Assembly: GCA_018302765.1 (NCBI GenBank)
Contig: JAGVZG010000007.1
Span: 1-47,816 of the forward strand
Length of the DNA: 47,816 nucleotides
Direction: 5' to 3'
Source of the DNA: Candidatus Woesearchaeota archaeon
GTDB taxonomy: Archaea > Nanobdellota > Nanobdellia > SCGC-AAA011-G17 > GW2011-AR18
Both the position numbers and the translations under genes were made by a program. The notes below the pieces were generated by a model. That model was not told where the DNA came from and did not search any database. It saw only the letters and a program-made list of their open reading frames with translations. This document shows positions 37,982 through 45,912 of the stretch, one piece after another. The first letter of the stretch is position 1; every line of letters starts with the position of its first letter.

Positions 37982-38274
37982 TTTCTTACCTCCGAAACAA
38001 CATAATATAGATTAATAACAAATATTTAAATGTTTCTATTTAATAATTACTAGAAAGTGGTAAATTTAAGATACATTTCTTCTTTCCAAATATATCCATG
38101 ATTGTTGTACCAAATTTTTCAGTTAAATACTATACACGAGGAAGTATTTTATCTAATTTGGGATTATGCTTTGTAACTCTAAATATTTTAGCAATATTTT
38201 GATTGAATATATTTTATGTTAAAATTCATATAGAAATAAATATTTACTATCTTATACATAATTTTTACAGAAAA

Positions 38275-38532
38275 TTAATCTTTTTCCATAAAATACTTAA
38301 GAATAAAAGAGTATTCTTTTAATTTTATTTCAAGTTTATCTTTCTCAGAAGTTAATCTAAACCTATCTATGCTAAGATAATTAAAAGGATTTTTTTTAGT
38401 GTCATATTCAGATAATTTTCGATCAACTTCTCTTAATCCAGAATAAATAAAATAATCATGTAAAAAAACAGTTGCAGAAGTACCAATAACAGTTCCAAAT
38501 AAAAAAATACGTAAGTCTTTGCCAAAGCTCAT
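38275..38532 (-). CDS. small membrane-anchored hypothetical protein
   Basis: N-terminal TM, 85 aa. Confidence 0.5.
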   Translation of the reverse strand: MSFGKDLRIFLFGTVIGTSATVFLHDYFIYSGLREVDRKLSEYDTKKNPFNYLSIDRFRLTSEKDKLEIKLKEYSFILKYFMEKD

Positions 38533-38594
38533 AATATAAAAAAATTAGAAAAATTTTATAAAGCTATCCATAAGGCTACAAAAAAGATTTTTAG

Positions 38595-38666
38595 TGGGCT
38601 CGGCCTGATTCGAACAGGCGACCTTTTCGACGTCAACGAAATGTCATACCGCTAGACCACGAGCCC
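38595..38666 (-). tRNA. tRNA-Val(GAC), intronless
   Basis: GGGCTCG...TTTCG TTGACGT CGAAA...TTCGAAT...CGAGCCCA; 72 nt. Confidence 0.93.
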
Positions 38667-38704
38667 AGTAAATAGCTGGAAATTTAATCATAATAAAAGC
38701 TTTG

Positions 38705-39259
38705 CTAAGCACTATCTAAAAAATAATTAATTATAGTAATACAGTCGGCAGCCAAATAAACTTTTTTTCCTAAAGATACCTTCTTTCCATATCTTAAGGC
38801 AAAGCCTTCATCTTTTTTAGGCAAACCGACTTGGTCACCAATAACAAAAACAGAATTTTCTTTAAAACCCAATTTTTTTATATTTTCGCCTTTTTCTTCT
38901 AAAATATAGATATCATTTTCATTGGCCAATTCTTTAATTAATTCTTGTAGGCTTTTATTATAAATTTCAAATCCAGGATGTTTTTTTCCATTTAAGATAG
39001 TTCTTAAAATTTCTCCCCAAGTTGATTCATCACACCTAACATCATGTAAAATATTTCCATTTACTTTAATATATTTTGGAGGGTTTGGCGGACCAGTTAG
39101 GATTATATGCAAAACAACATCCTTTCTCAAAGCATGAGACAAAAAGAATGAAGAAGTTAAACAATGTGCAACTATGTCTAATCTTCCAGCATCTCTTAAA
39201 TTATTAAAATTTCCAGAAGTAAATCCGCCTCTTGAATACAATAAGAAATTTCTTGCCAT
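38705..39259 (-). CDS. trmY: tRNA pseudouridine-54 N1-methyltransferase (SPOUT)
   Basis: AGRLDIVAHC...FFLSH, FVIGDQVG, VSLG. Confidence 0.85.
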   Translation of the reverse strand: MARNFLLYSRGGFTSGNFNNLRDAGRLDIVAHCLTSSFFLSHALRKDVVLHIILTGPPNPPKYIKVNGNILHDVRCDESTWGEILRTILNGKKHPGFEIYNKSLQELIKELANENDIYILEEKGENIKKLGFKENSVFVIGDQVGLPKKDEGFALRYGKKVSLGKKVYLAADCITIINYFLDSA

Positions 39260-39345
39260 ATTTTAAGTTTATTTAAATTATATAATAAATCTTCTGTTTT
39301 GTTATTAGTAAGATTTTAGATAGAATAATTATATAATGTGTCTTG

Positions 39346-39747
39346 CTATGGTTTCTTTTTCTTCATAAAAATATTTGATATGCCAACTAAAACGATAATT
39401 CCACCCATAATCCAAAACATTTTTACATAATCTTGCAGAAAGTTAAATGGAATACTTGCAATTATTATACCCAAATTAATTATTATCATATTGCTTGATA
39501 TGCACTTTTTCTTAAAATAGAAAAATAAAGTTATGCCTAAAAGTAATGCTGCAGCTATCCAGAAAGGTATAGCAAATTTTTGCAGAAACAGCAAAGGCAT
39601 ACCAACAACAGTTATACCTATTATAGACAATAAAGCTATTATTCCAAGGCACACATTATGGCATACTTGATATCCACCTAAAAAACTAATTATGCCGGAA
39701 AATATGCTTGTTCCTGTTGATATCTTTTCTTTGGAATTTATTTCCAT
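39346..39747 (-). CDS. 4-TM membrane protein with CxxxC in TM1 (MerC/MerT-like architecture)
   Basis: YQVCHNVCL followed by four hydrophobic segments. Confidence 0.55.
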   Translation of the reverse strand: MEINSKEKISTGTSIFSGIISFLGGYQVCHNVCLGIIALLSIIGITVVGMPLLFLQKFAIPFWIAAALLLGITLFFYFKKKCISSNMIIINLGIIIASIPFNFLQDYVKMFWIMGGIIVLVGISNIFMKKKKP

Positions 39748-40139
39748 TCAAATAGCCTCTCATTTACATCCAGTATTCCAATAATTTTTATAGTAAATTT
39801 CTTGGGTTCTTTATCCAAATTAAAAACTAAAGTCCCTGAATTATGATGACCTTCTAGATGAGGTACCATTACCGGTTTGGCAATTTTGTCATCATAATTT
39901 AGAGTAGTAATTTCTTTTAAGTCATAGCTTTCCATGTTTACAGTATGTGTATTTAATTTAATGTCAATATAAAATTCACCATTTTTAAATTCCTTAGGAG
40001 TAATATCTATTGTTACTGCTCCAGTGCTTGTTTTAGTATCATAAGTTTTATTATTATAATTTGAAATGTAGAATGATAAAAAGAAAATCGCTAGAATTAT
40101 AATCACAACACAAGTAATAATTAAATTTTCTTTTCTCAT
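39738..40139 (-). CDS. membrane-anchored protein with His/Met motifs
   Basis: N-terminal TM, NTHTVNM, GHHNSG. Confidence 0.6.
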   Translation of the reverse strand: MRKENLIITCVVIIILAIFFLSFYISNYNNKTYDTKTSTGAVTIDITPKEFKNGEFYIDIKLNTHTVNMESYDLKEITTLNYDDKIAKPVMVPHLEGHHNSGTLVFNLDKEPKKFTIKIIGILDVNERLFEWK

Positions 40140-40140
40140 T

Positions 40141-40644
40141 TTACTCCTTACAGCAGTCTACTATTTTTTTTATAACTAAAGAAAATTTACTCAGCATGCT
40201 TGACTTATTTTTTTCTTCTTTGTCTAAATTAGATAATTCTTTAGCTTCAACCATGTTTGTATTTATTGCAAAAAATAACGAATATAAGTCAAATGCCTTT
40301 TGGAAAAACATATTTGATTCATCAATGTTCTTTTTTGATAATTCTTTTGTACCTACTTCCATTAGGCGCATACTTGATGCAAGCAGATGTTTGCTAATGC
40401 ACCATTCTTCGCCTTTTGGATTTTTTACTATTCTTCCAAGAAGATTTTTTCTCAGTTCTCTTACAGAATTTAACATTTCTAGATAGTTTTGGTTATTTGT
40501 TTTCATGGCTGTGAAATAAAAATGTTCTTCCAAGCTAACTAAATTCATTAATGCAATACTAAGGTCTTCATCTCTTGATAGATCTATATTTCCTTTTTTT
40601 ACAGCTTCTAACTTCTCAATCCATTTTTTGACTTCTTTTTCCAT
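40141..40644 (-). CDS. helical hypothetical protein with WCISKH and C-terminal CCKE
   Basis: 167-aa ORF inside the cluster. Confidence 0.65.
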   Translation of the reverse strand: MEKEVKKWIEKLEAVKKGNIDLSRDEDLSIALMNLVSLEEHFYFTAMKTNNQNYLEMLNSVRELRKNLLGRIVKNPKGEEWCISKHLLASSMRLMEVGTKELSKKNIDESNMFFQKAFDLYSLFFAINTNMVEAKELSNLDKEEKNKSSMLSKFSLVIKKIVDCCKE

Positions 40645-40645
40645 T

Positions 40646-41173
40646 TTATATTGAAATATAAATTATTAAGCTTGTTAATGCCAATAAAACCAAAGTTATA
40701 GCTATGCCCTGAAAAGGAAAAAGCACTTTCCCTTTGACTTTCTTTATATAAATATGTAACCAAAAACTAAATACAGTTACAACACCACCAATTAAAGAGC
40801 CTAATAATAATTTATTTATCCAATATACTTTATTTAATAATGACCCAGCAGCACCATAAATAAGCAAAGGCAGATAAAAACTATCGCTTGATATGCTGTA
40901 AATAATAGGAACTACACTTATAATAAAAGATAAAATAACAATTATTGGCAGTTGGTATCTAATATATTGTTTTTTTATTTTTAAACCAATCCACAATCCA
41001 ATTGATATTGCAAGTGCTCCTGCAAAAATTCCTATTATTGAAGTATCTACACCATAATATTTTGCAGTTACAGCAGCAGCCCCAACAGCCATTGTACACA
41101 AAAGGCAATGGGCATAAGCAAGCGGTACAGAAAAAATTAAAAAAGAAATTAAAAGTAAAAACAATTTTTTCAT
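40646..41173 (-). CDS. membrane protein with N-terminal HCxxC
   Basis: Signal peptide, then HCLLC; 4-5 TM segments. Confidence 0.65.
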   Translation of the reverse strand: MKKLFLLLISFLIFSVPLAYAHCLLCTMAVGAAAVTAKYYGVDTSIIGIFAGALAISIGLWIGLKIKKQYIRYQLPIIVILSFIISVVPIIYSISSDSFYLPLLIYGAAGSLLNKVYWINKLLLGSLIGGVVTVFSFWLHIYIKKVKGKVLFPFQGIAITLVLLALTSLIIYISI

Positions 41174-41190
41174 AGTGTATCTACTGTTAT

Positions 41191-41475
41191 TTAACAGCCT
41201 CCAACCATTCCTGTAGAAGAAGGTTGATTATTACCACTTTGTAATTTAGCTGGTAATGTGCCATGGTGCTCATACATCATCTTTTCATCTTCTGTCCAGC
41301 TACTCATATCAAGAGCCCCATTGGGTTTTTCAACTGAATTTGAAGTTTCTTTCATAGATCTTATCTGAAATGACTGAAAAATAACAAGCACAAGTATTAT
41401 CGCAGTCATTCCAAAGAAAATATATTCTTTATATTCATTCATTGTTTTGCCTCCTATTATTTTATTCATTAGCAT
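41191..41475 (-). CDS. membrane-anchored protein ending MVGGC
   Basis: TM, MMYEHHG, C-terminal GMVGGC. Confidence 0.65.
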   Translation of the reverse strand: MLMNKIIGGKTMNEYKEYIFFGMTAIILVLVIFQSFQIRSMKETSNSVEKPNGALDMSSWTEDEKMMYEHHGTLPAKLQSGNNQPSSTGMVGGC

Positions 41476-42158
41476 CCTCCAACCATTCCGCTGGAAGTAC
41501 TGGTTGCTCCTTTTTCTATATCTCTGTATTTATTTGAAGCTAAATTTATGTAAGTCAATTCTATGCCTTTAGATTTGAGCACTCCAGCTTTTTTTGTTAT
41601 TTGACTGGGGAAGAATAAAGTCTTCCATTTTCCAAGTTCTTCTAATATCTGATCATCTGTGAATTCATTTTCATGATTTTTTATCAGGTATTTTGCTAGT
41701 CCCCTCATTGCAAAACTATGAGCACAACCGCACGCAGGCTGGCCATCATTAAATATTATTGATTCAGTACCGCAGCAATATTCACAACTCATTTTGCTTA
41801 CAATAGAAATATATCTTGATAGTTGTTTTCCTGACAAGCTTATTTGCTGATCTAAAACTCCAAGCCTTCTTATTGTATTGTCTGCTTGTTGAGGATTAGA
41901 ACCTGAAACGTCATCAAATTTTACATTCAATTCTTTTCCATATATTTGAGGAGCTCCCTTTGGAATAACATCTAAATTAGAATACTTTACTTCAGATACA
42001 GTATTACCTGCAATATTCAAATTTCCTGTGTCATTTACCTTCATGTTCCTGGTTTGGTATAAATTAAAAGCAACTATAAACAATATCGCAATTAATAGAC
42101 CGAAGCTCAGTTTTTGAATAACGCTTTTGTAATTTTTTCTCCCTTTCATTTTTTCCAT
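41469..42158 (-). CDS. membrane-anchored Cys-rich protein ending MVGGC (CcmH-like pattern)
   Basis: CEYCC...CGCAHSFAMR...TDDQIL; C-terminal GMVGGC. Confidence 0.65.
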   Translation of the reverse strand: MEKMKGRKNYKSVIQKLSFGLLIAILFIVAFNLYQTRNMKVNDTGNLNIAGNTVSEVKYSNLDVIPKGAPQIYGKELNVKFDDVSGSNPQQADNTIRRLGVLDQQISLSGKQLSRYISIVSKMSCEYCCGTESIIFNDGQPACGCAHSFAMRGLAKYLIKNHENEFTDDQILEELGKWKTLFFPSQITKKAGVLKSKGIELTYINLASNKYRDIEKGATSTSSGMVGGC

Positions 42159-42231
42159 GCAGAAATGAAAGTAGAAACACCATTTATAATTAGTTGTGAA
42201 ACTAGTTTCAGCTATTTTACTAAGAATTAAT

Positions 42232-42720
42232 TCACTTTAATACAATAATATTAGTCATGCCCCTTCTTTTTCTTTCTAATATGCCTCTTAGTTCCATTTT
42301 ATCCAATATTCTTGTTGTTTTTACTTTGCTAAATCCTGTTTCTTTTATTAAATCTATCTGGTACGAAGAACCGCCTTTGTTTCTTATAATATCATAAAAG
42401 TTTCTTTCTTCATCATTTAGTTTTGAAATGTCAATAGGTTTAAAGTCTTTTTTAGTATCTGCACTTCCATTTGAAACAAATATAATATAAACTCCAACCA
42501 GTAGTATTAAAAAGCCAATACCATATGCTATGATTATCATCCAGGAAAAATTGCTTTGGTGTGCAGGACAGTCTTTCATATCAAGCTTGTTTGCGCTAAA
42601 TTTCTCGCATAAAACTTCTGACTTTTTATCATTGTCTATTTTTACAAAAGTTAATACAAACAACAATATTATTGCAAATCCAAGCAATAAAGGACCTAAT
42701 AATTTTGTGTTAATATTCAT
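42232..42720 (-). CDS. membrane-bound winged-HTH transcriptional regulator
   Basis: Two TM segments, then QIDLIKETGFSKVKTTRILDKMELRG...RRGMTN. Confidence 0.8.
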   Translation of the reverse strand: MNINTKLLGPLLLGFAIILLFVLTFVKIDNDKKSEVLCEKFSANKLDMKDCPAHQSNFSWMIIIAYGIGFLILLVGVYIIFVSNGSADTKKDFKPIDISKLNDEERNFYDIIRNKGGSSYQIDLIKETGFSKVKTTRILDKMELRGILERKRRGMTNIIVLK

Positions 42721-42794
42721 AAATTAATAAACTACATTAAATTTATAAACGTTAGTAAAGATAATTCACCTAAATTTTTTATAATTAATAATAA

Positions 42795-42937
42795 AGCCAC
42801 CGAGGGGAATTGAACCCCCAACCTGCTGATCACTTTAAGATCATTTGCATAAAGCATCAGATGATCAGCATACAAGTCAGCTGCTCTGCCAATGCTCTTA
42901 TTTGAAACTTTATTCAAACAATTTGAGCCACGGTGGC
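42795..42937 (-). tRNA. tRNA-Thr(UGU) with introns at 15/16 (42892-42922, 31 nt) and 37/38 (42831-42870, 40 nt)
   Basis: Spliced form GCCACCG TG GCTC AATGGCA GAGC A GCTGA CTTGTAA TCAGC AGGTT GGGGG TTCAATT CCCCT CGGTGGC T; 72 nt. Confidence 0.87.
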
Positions 42938-42979
42938 TTAGAATTAAGGTATTGAGATAATTTAAAAAGATTACTAGTT

Positions 42980-43555
42980 TTAATCATTTAAAATAGCACT
43001 TTTAATAGTGCAATTAACAACAGGAGTAATTTTCTTTACCGCATTTTTTATTTCTTTCTGTAAAACATTGTCAATTATGTCTTTCATAGCTTGCGATCCT
43101 GTTAATTTTTTAATATGTTCTTTCAGGAAATCCCTACAGACTTTCCTTATTAATTTAAGGGTTGTTTTATACGTTAAAGTTTTTGTAATTAGTATTGGTT
43201 TTATGGTTATTTTTTTCCCGTCTTTGGTTTCATAAACAAAAGAGTCATCTATCTTATTTTTGCTTTTCTTAGTTATTCTTTTTAATTGCGCCACTTGTAT
43301 ATTATAAGCATAAAGCCTTGTCTGTGCCTGATTATTTGTTATAGATATAATTTTAAAATAAACATTGAAATTCTGTCTCTTTGGATCCTTAGAAAGCATC
43401 ATTAAGTTTGTTTCTACAGTACGGCCAACAGCCTTTTCTGGTTCTTCTACATAAGTCTCTCCAATTTCCTGATTATTAAATTCAGTGCTGGCTAAAATAG
43501 AAATCCATTTTTTCTTTTTCTTTGCTTCCTGTGAAGTTGTTGTTTTTGTGACCAT
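42980..43555 (-). CDS. rps3ae: 30S ribosomal protein S3Ae (eS1)
   Basis: KKKKW...IGET...GRTVE...IKPILIT. Confidence 0.88.
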   Translation of the reverse strand: MVTKTTTSQEAKKKKKWISILASTEFNNQEIGETYVEEPEKAVGRTVETNLMMLSKDPKRQNFNVYFKIISITNNQAQTRLYAYNIQVAQLKRITKKSKNKIDDSFVYETKDGKKITIKPILITKTLTYKTTLKLIRKVCRDFLKEHIKKLTGSQAMKDIIDNVLQKEIKNAVKKITPVVNCTIKSAILND

Positions 43556-43564
43556 TTTAAGAAC

Positions 43565-44017
43565 TTAAATTGTTATCTTTGCCTGTTCCCTGCTATATTT
43601 CCAGTCAGTAGGCAGAACCCCATTTCTTTTGTAATATTTAGTTAGTCTCTTTATCTTAGACCCTGTTAGTAATAAACCCCTTCTTGATGGCATATCTTTT
43701 TTGTTGCCTTCCAAGTGCTTAATTATATTAATTTCTTTTTTTATTAAAGCAACCAGATCTTCAGGTATTTTTTGGGTTAATTTATGTTCTTTTAGTACTT
43801 GATTTATTTTTTTCTTCGATAATTTATGAACGTCAGGAATACCATAGTTGTCTCTTAGAACAAGACCTATTTGTGCTGAGGTCTTGCCTGTTTTAGCTAT
43901 TTTTACAATTAGCTGCTCTACTTCTTCAGGAGTATAAGTTATCCAGGGCTGTGGTTTAGTCACGGTTGGCTTTTTGCTGCCAGCCCTTCCCTTCTTTCGT
44001 GAATACATTCTTGCCAT
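43565..44017 (-). CDS. rps15: 30S ribosomal protein S15 (uS15)
   Basis: MARMYSRKKGRAGS, LRDNYGIP, IPEDL. Confidence 0.95.
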   Translation of the reverse strand: MARMYSRKKGRAGSKKPTVTKPQPWITYTPEEVEQLIVKIAKTGKTSAQIGLVLRDNYGIPDVHKLSKKKINQVLKEHKLTQKIPEDLVALIKKEINIIKHLEGNKKDMPSRRGLLLTGSKIKRLTKYYKRNGVLPTDWKYSREQAKITI

Positions 44018-44053
44018 ATTTAAGAATTGGAAAAATTAAAGGTTTATAAATGT

Positions 44054-44386
44054 TTATTTCCTTCTTCCTTGAAATAAATCTCCTATAATCTCGCCTACAA
44101 GAGTGTCTATTCCTTCTTGTGTTATAGGTAAAAGAGGCATTGGCGATTTATGTTTTCCCAATATAAGATTTACTTCAGATATTTTGGCTTCTAAATCTCT
44201 ATATCTACCAGCAACATCAGTTTCAAATTGCAGGATACGTGGATCCTCTCTTGTCCTCGCATCACCCAATCTAGCTTTAGCAGTAAAATATTCTACAGAT
44301 CTTTCAACTAAAGCATCATATAACTCACTTTCTGGACACGCTGCAACTAAATTAGCAACTAAATTTGGATAGGAACTTACAGCCAT
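44054..44386 (-). CDS. hypothetical protein
   Basis: 110-aa ORF. Confidence 0.55.
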   Translation of the reverse strand: MAVSSYPNLVANLVAACPESELYDALVERSVEYFTAKARLGDARTREDPRILQFETDVAGRYRDLEAKISEVNLILGKHKSPMPLLPITQEGIDTLVGEIIGDLFQGRRK

Positions 44387-44438
44387 ATATTTATATTAAA
44401 GAAAATATCTTATAAATATTACTATTTTATAGTAATTA

Positions 44439-44879
44439 TTAAATTTTTTTTAAAATGCCTCTTCTTTGTAGCGCATCTACTAAACAATAAGCCCATTCAC
44501 CTATTGCGCTTCTGTCTTCATCAGCCAACGTCATTGGATAAAAGGAATATATTCCGCCTATGGAAATTTCATCACCATATTTTCTAAAAAGATATCTATT
44601 GACAAGTTTTAGTTGAGAAATAAGAGCATTGTGAGTTATTTTTCTTAACTGGTCTAGATTTCTAAATTTTTCTATTTCTTGTTCATCAGTCTGAGTTCTA
44701 AATCTATGTATTATTCCTATTCTTTCTACATTAGCAACGACCACTACATATCTTTCGCATATTTCTAATAATTGCTGGACGTGCTTTAGTCCAGCTTGGT
44801 CATTGTTTAAATTCAATAAATCTATTATTTTCTTATATCTGCTGTACGCTTTTGCTGATTCTCTTTTCTCATTTTCCAT
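44439..44879 (-). CDS. hypothetical helical protein
   Basis: ATG 44879 chosen because the track start (44915) lies inside tRNA-Gln. Confidence 0.6.
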   Translation of the reverse strand: MENEKRESAKAYSRYKKIIDLLNLNNDQAGLKHVQQLLEICERYVVVVANVERIGIIHRFRTQTDEQEIEKFRNLDQLRKITHNALISQLKLVNRYLFRKYGDEISIGGIYSFYPMTLADEDRSAIGEWAYCLVDALQRRGILKKI

Positions 44880-44888
44880 GATTATAAA

Positions 44889-45016
44889 TAGCCCCGCCAG
44901 GATTTGAATTCCCAAACATTTTATGTTCCTGGGTCAATGGCTTTCTCCATCGAATACCAAAGGCCACTTTAAGGATACTTTTTAAGTATTATCCTTGGCC
45001 GCTAGACGACGGGGCT
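44889..45016 (-). tRNA. tRNA-Gln(UUG) with introns at 25/26 (44969-44990), 37/38 (44943-44956) and 53/54 (44909-44927)
   Basis: A1-U72 acceptor typical of archaeal Gln; three BHB motifs; spliced length 73 nt with GTGGC-CTTTGGA-GCCAT. Confidence 0.88.
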
Positions 45017-45043
45017 ATAAAATAAACAGTATAGATTTTAGTT

Positions 45044-45670
45044 TTAAAAGTTTGCTATTTTATTATTTTTAGTTTTATACCTACCACGACCTTCAACTTT
45101 ATTAAGTCTCTCAATTATTAACTTATAATTATTAGAGTTTTCTTTATAGCCGTCCAAAACAGCTTTAAAACTAGAATTATAGTGTTTGTAGTGTTTACTC
45201 TCCAAGGCTTGTTTTAGTAAATGCAAATCAACTGCTTTATGCTCTTCTTTTTGATCTATAAAGCTCAGTCCAAAATCTATAAAATAAACATCGTTGCCCT
45301 TTAAGATCATATTTGATGTTGTTAGATCACCATGAATTATATTGTTGTTATGTAATAAAGCAATATTATTTCCAACCAGTTTGCAAATCCAAAACCTTTT
45401 TTTATTATCAAAAGAATCCAAATAATCAGCTAATTTTTTTCCATCGATAAATTCCACCACTATCTTAAAATCATTAAAAGAAATTAATTTAGGAACATTA
45501 ATTATTTTTGAAGCTTTTTCTAAAATTGAAATTTCCCTTCTTGTCCTGTATTTTCTTATTTTTTCATCCAATTCTTTAATTCTGTAATTTTTAGGAACCC
45601 TTTCTTTTATTATTAGTTTTTTATCTAAATATATTTTAGCTTCTGCTCCTTGGGAAATTAAAGTTTTCAT
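45044..45670 (-). CDS. bud32: KEOPS kinase Bud32
   Basis: QGAEAKI, IIHGDLTTSNM, IDFGLS, AVDLHLL. Confidence 0.93.
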   Translation of the reverse strand: MKTLISQGAEAKIYLDKKLIIKERVPKNYRIKELDEKIRKYRTRREISILEKASKIINVPKLISFNDFKIVVEFIDGKKLADYLDSFDNKKRFWICKLVGNNIALLHNNNIIHGDLTTSNMILKGNDVYFIDFGLSFIDQKEEHKAVDLHLLKQALESKHYKHYNSSFKAVLDGYKENSNNYKLIIERLNKVEGRGRYKTKNNKIANF

Positions 45671-45692
45671 ATTATTTTTAACAAAATAAAAT

Positions 45693-45890
45693 TTAACTAC
45701 TTAACGCTTTGTCAATAGATTTTAATTCAGAAGAAACATCACTTATTTTTTCACTAACATTATTTACAACTTCCTGTACTTGCTCCTCACTTTTTATTTC
45801 TAGATTAGAATTATCTTTTTCTTTACCAGTGCAGGATACAAATAAAACTAAAACCATAATTACTAGAATTAATTTATATACTGTCTTCAT
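45693..45890 (-). CDS. small putative lipoprotein
   Basis: MKTVYKLILVIMVLVLFVSC lipobox-like leader (ATG 45890). Confidence 0.6.
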   Translation of the reverse strand: MKTVYKLILVIMVLVLFVSCTGKEKDNSNLEIKSEEQVQEVVNNVSEKISDVSSELKSIDKALSS

Positions 45891-45912
45891 AATCCTTAAA
45901 CTCCATTTCATA

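Noticed and set aside
38040-38230. Possible decayed gene on the minus strand
   Set aside because: Interrupted frames with no recognisable family.
42732-42917. 61-aa ORF in the track
   Set aside because: It overlaps tRNA-Thr and its introns; spurious.
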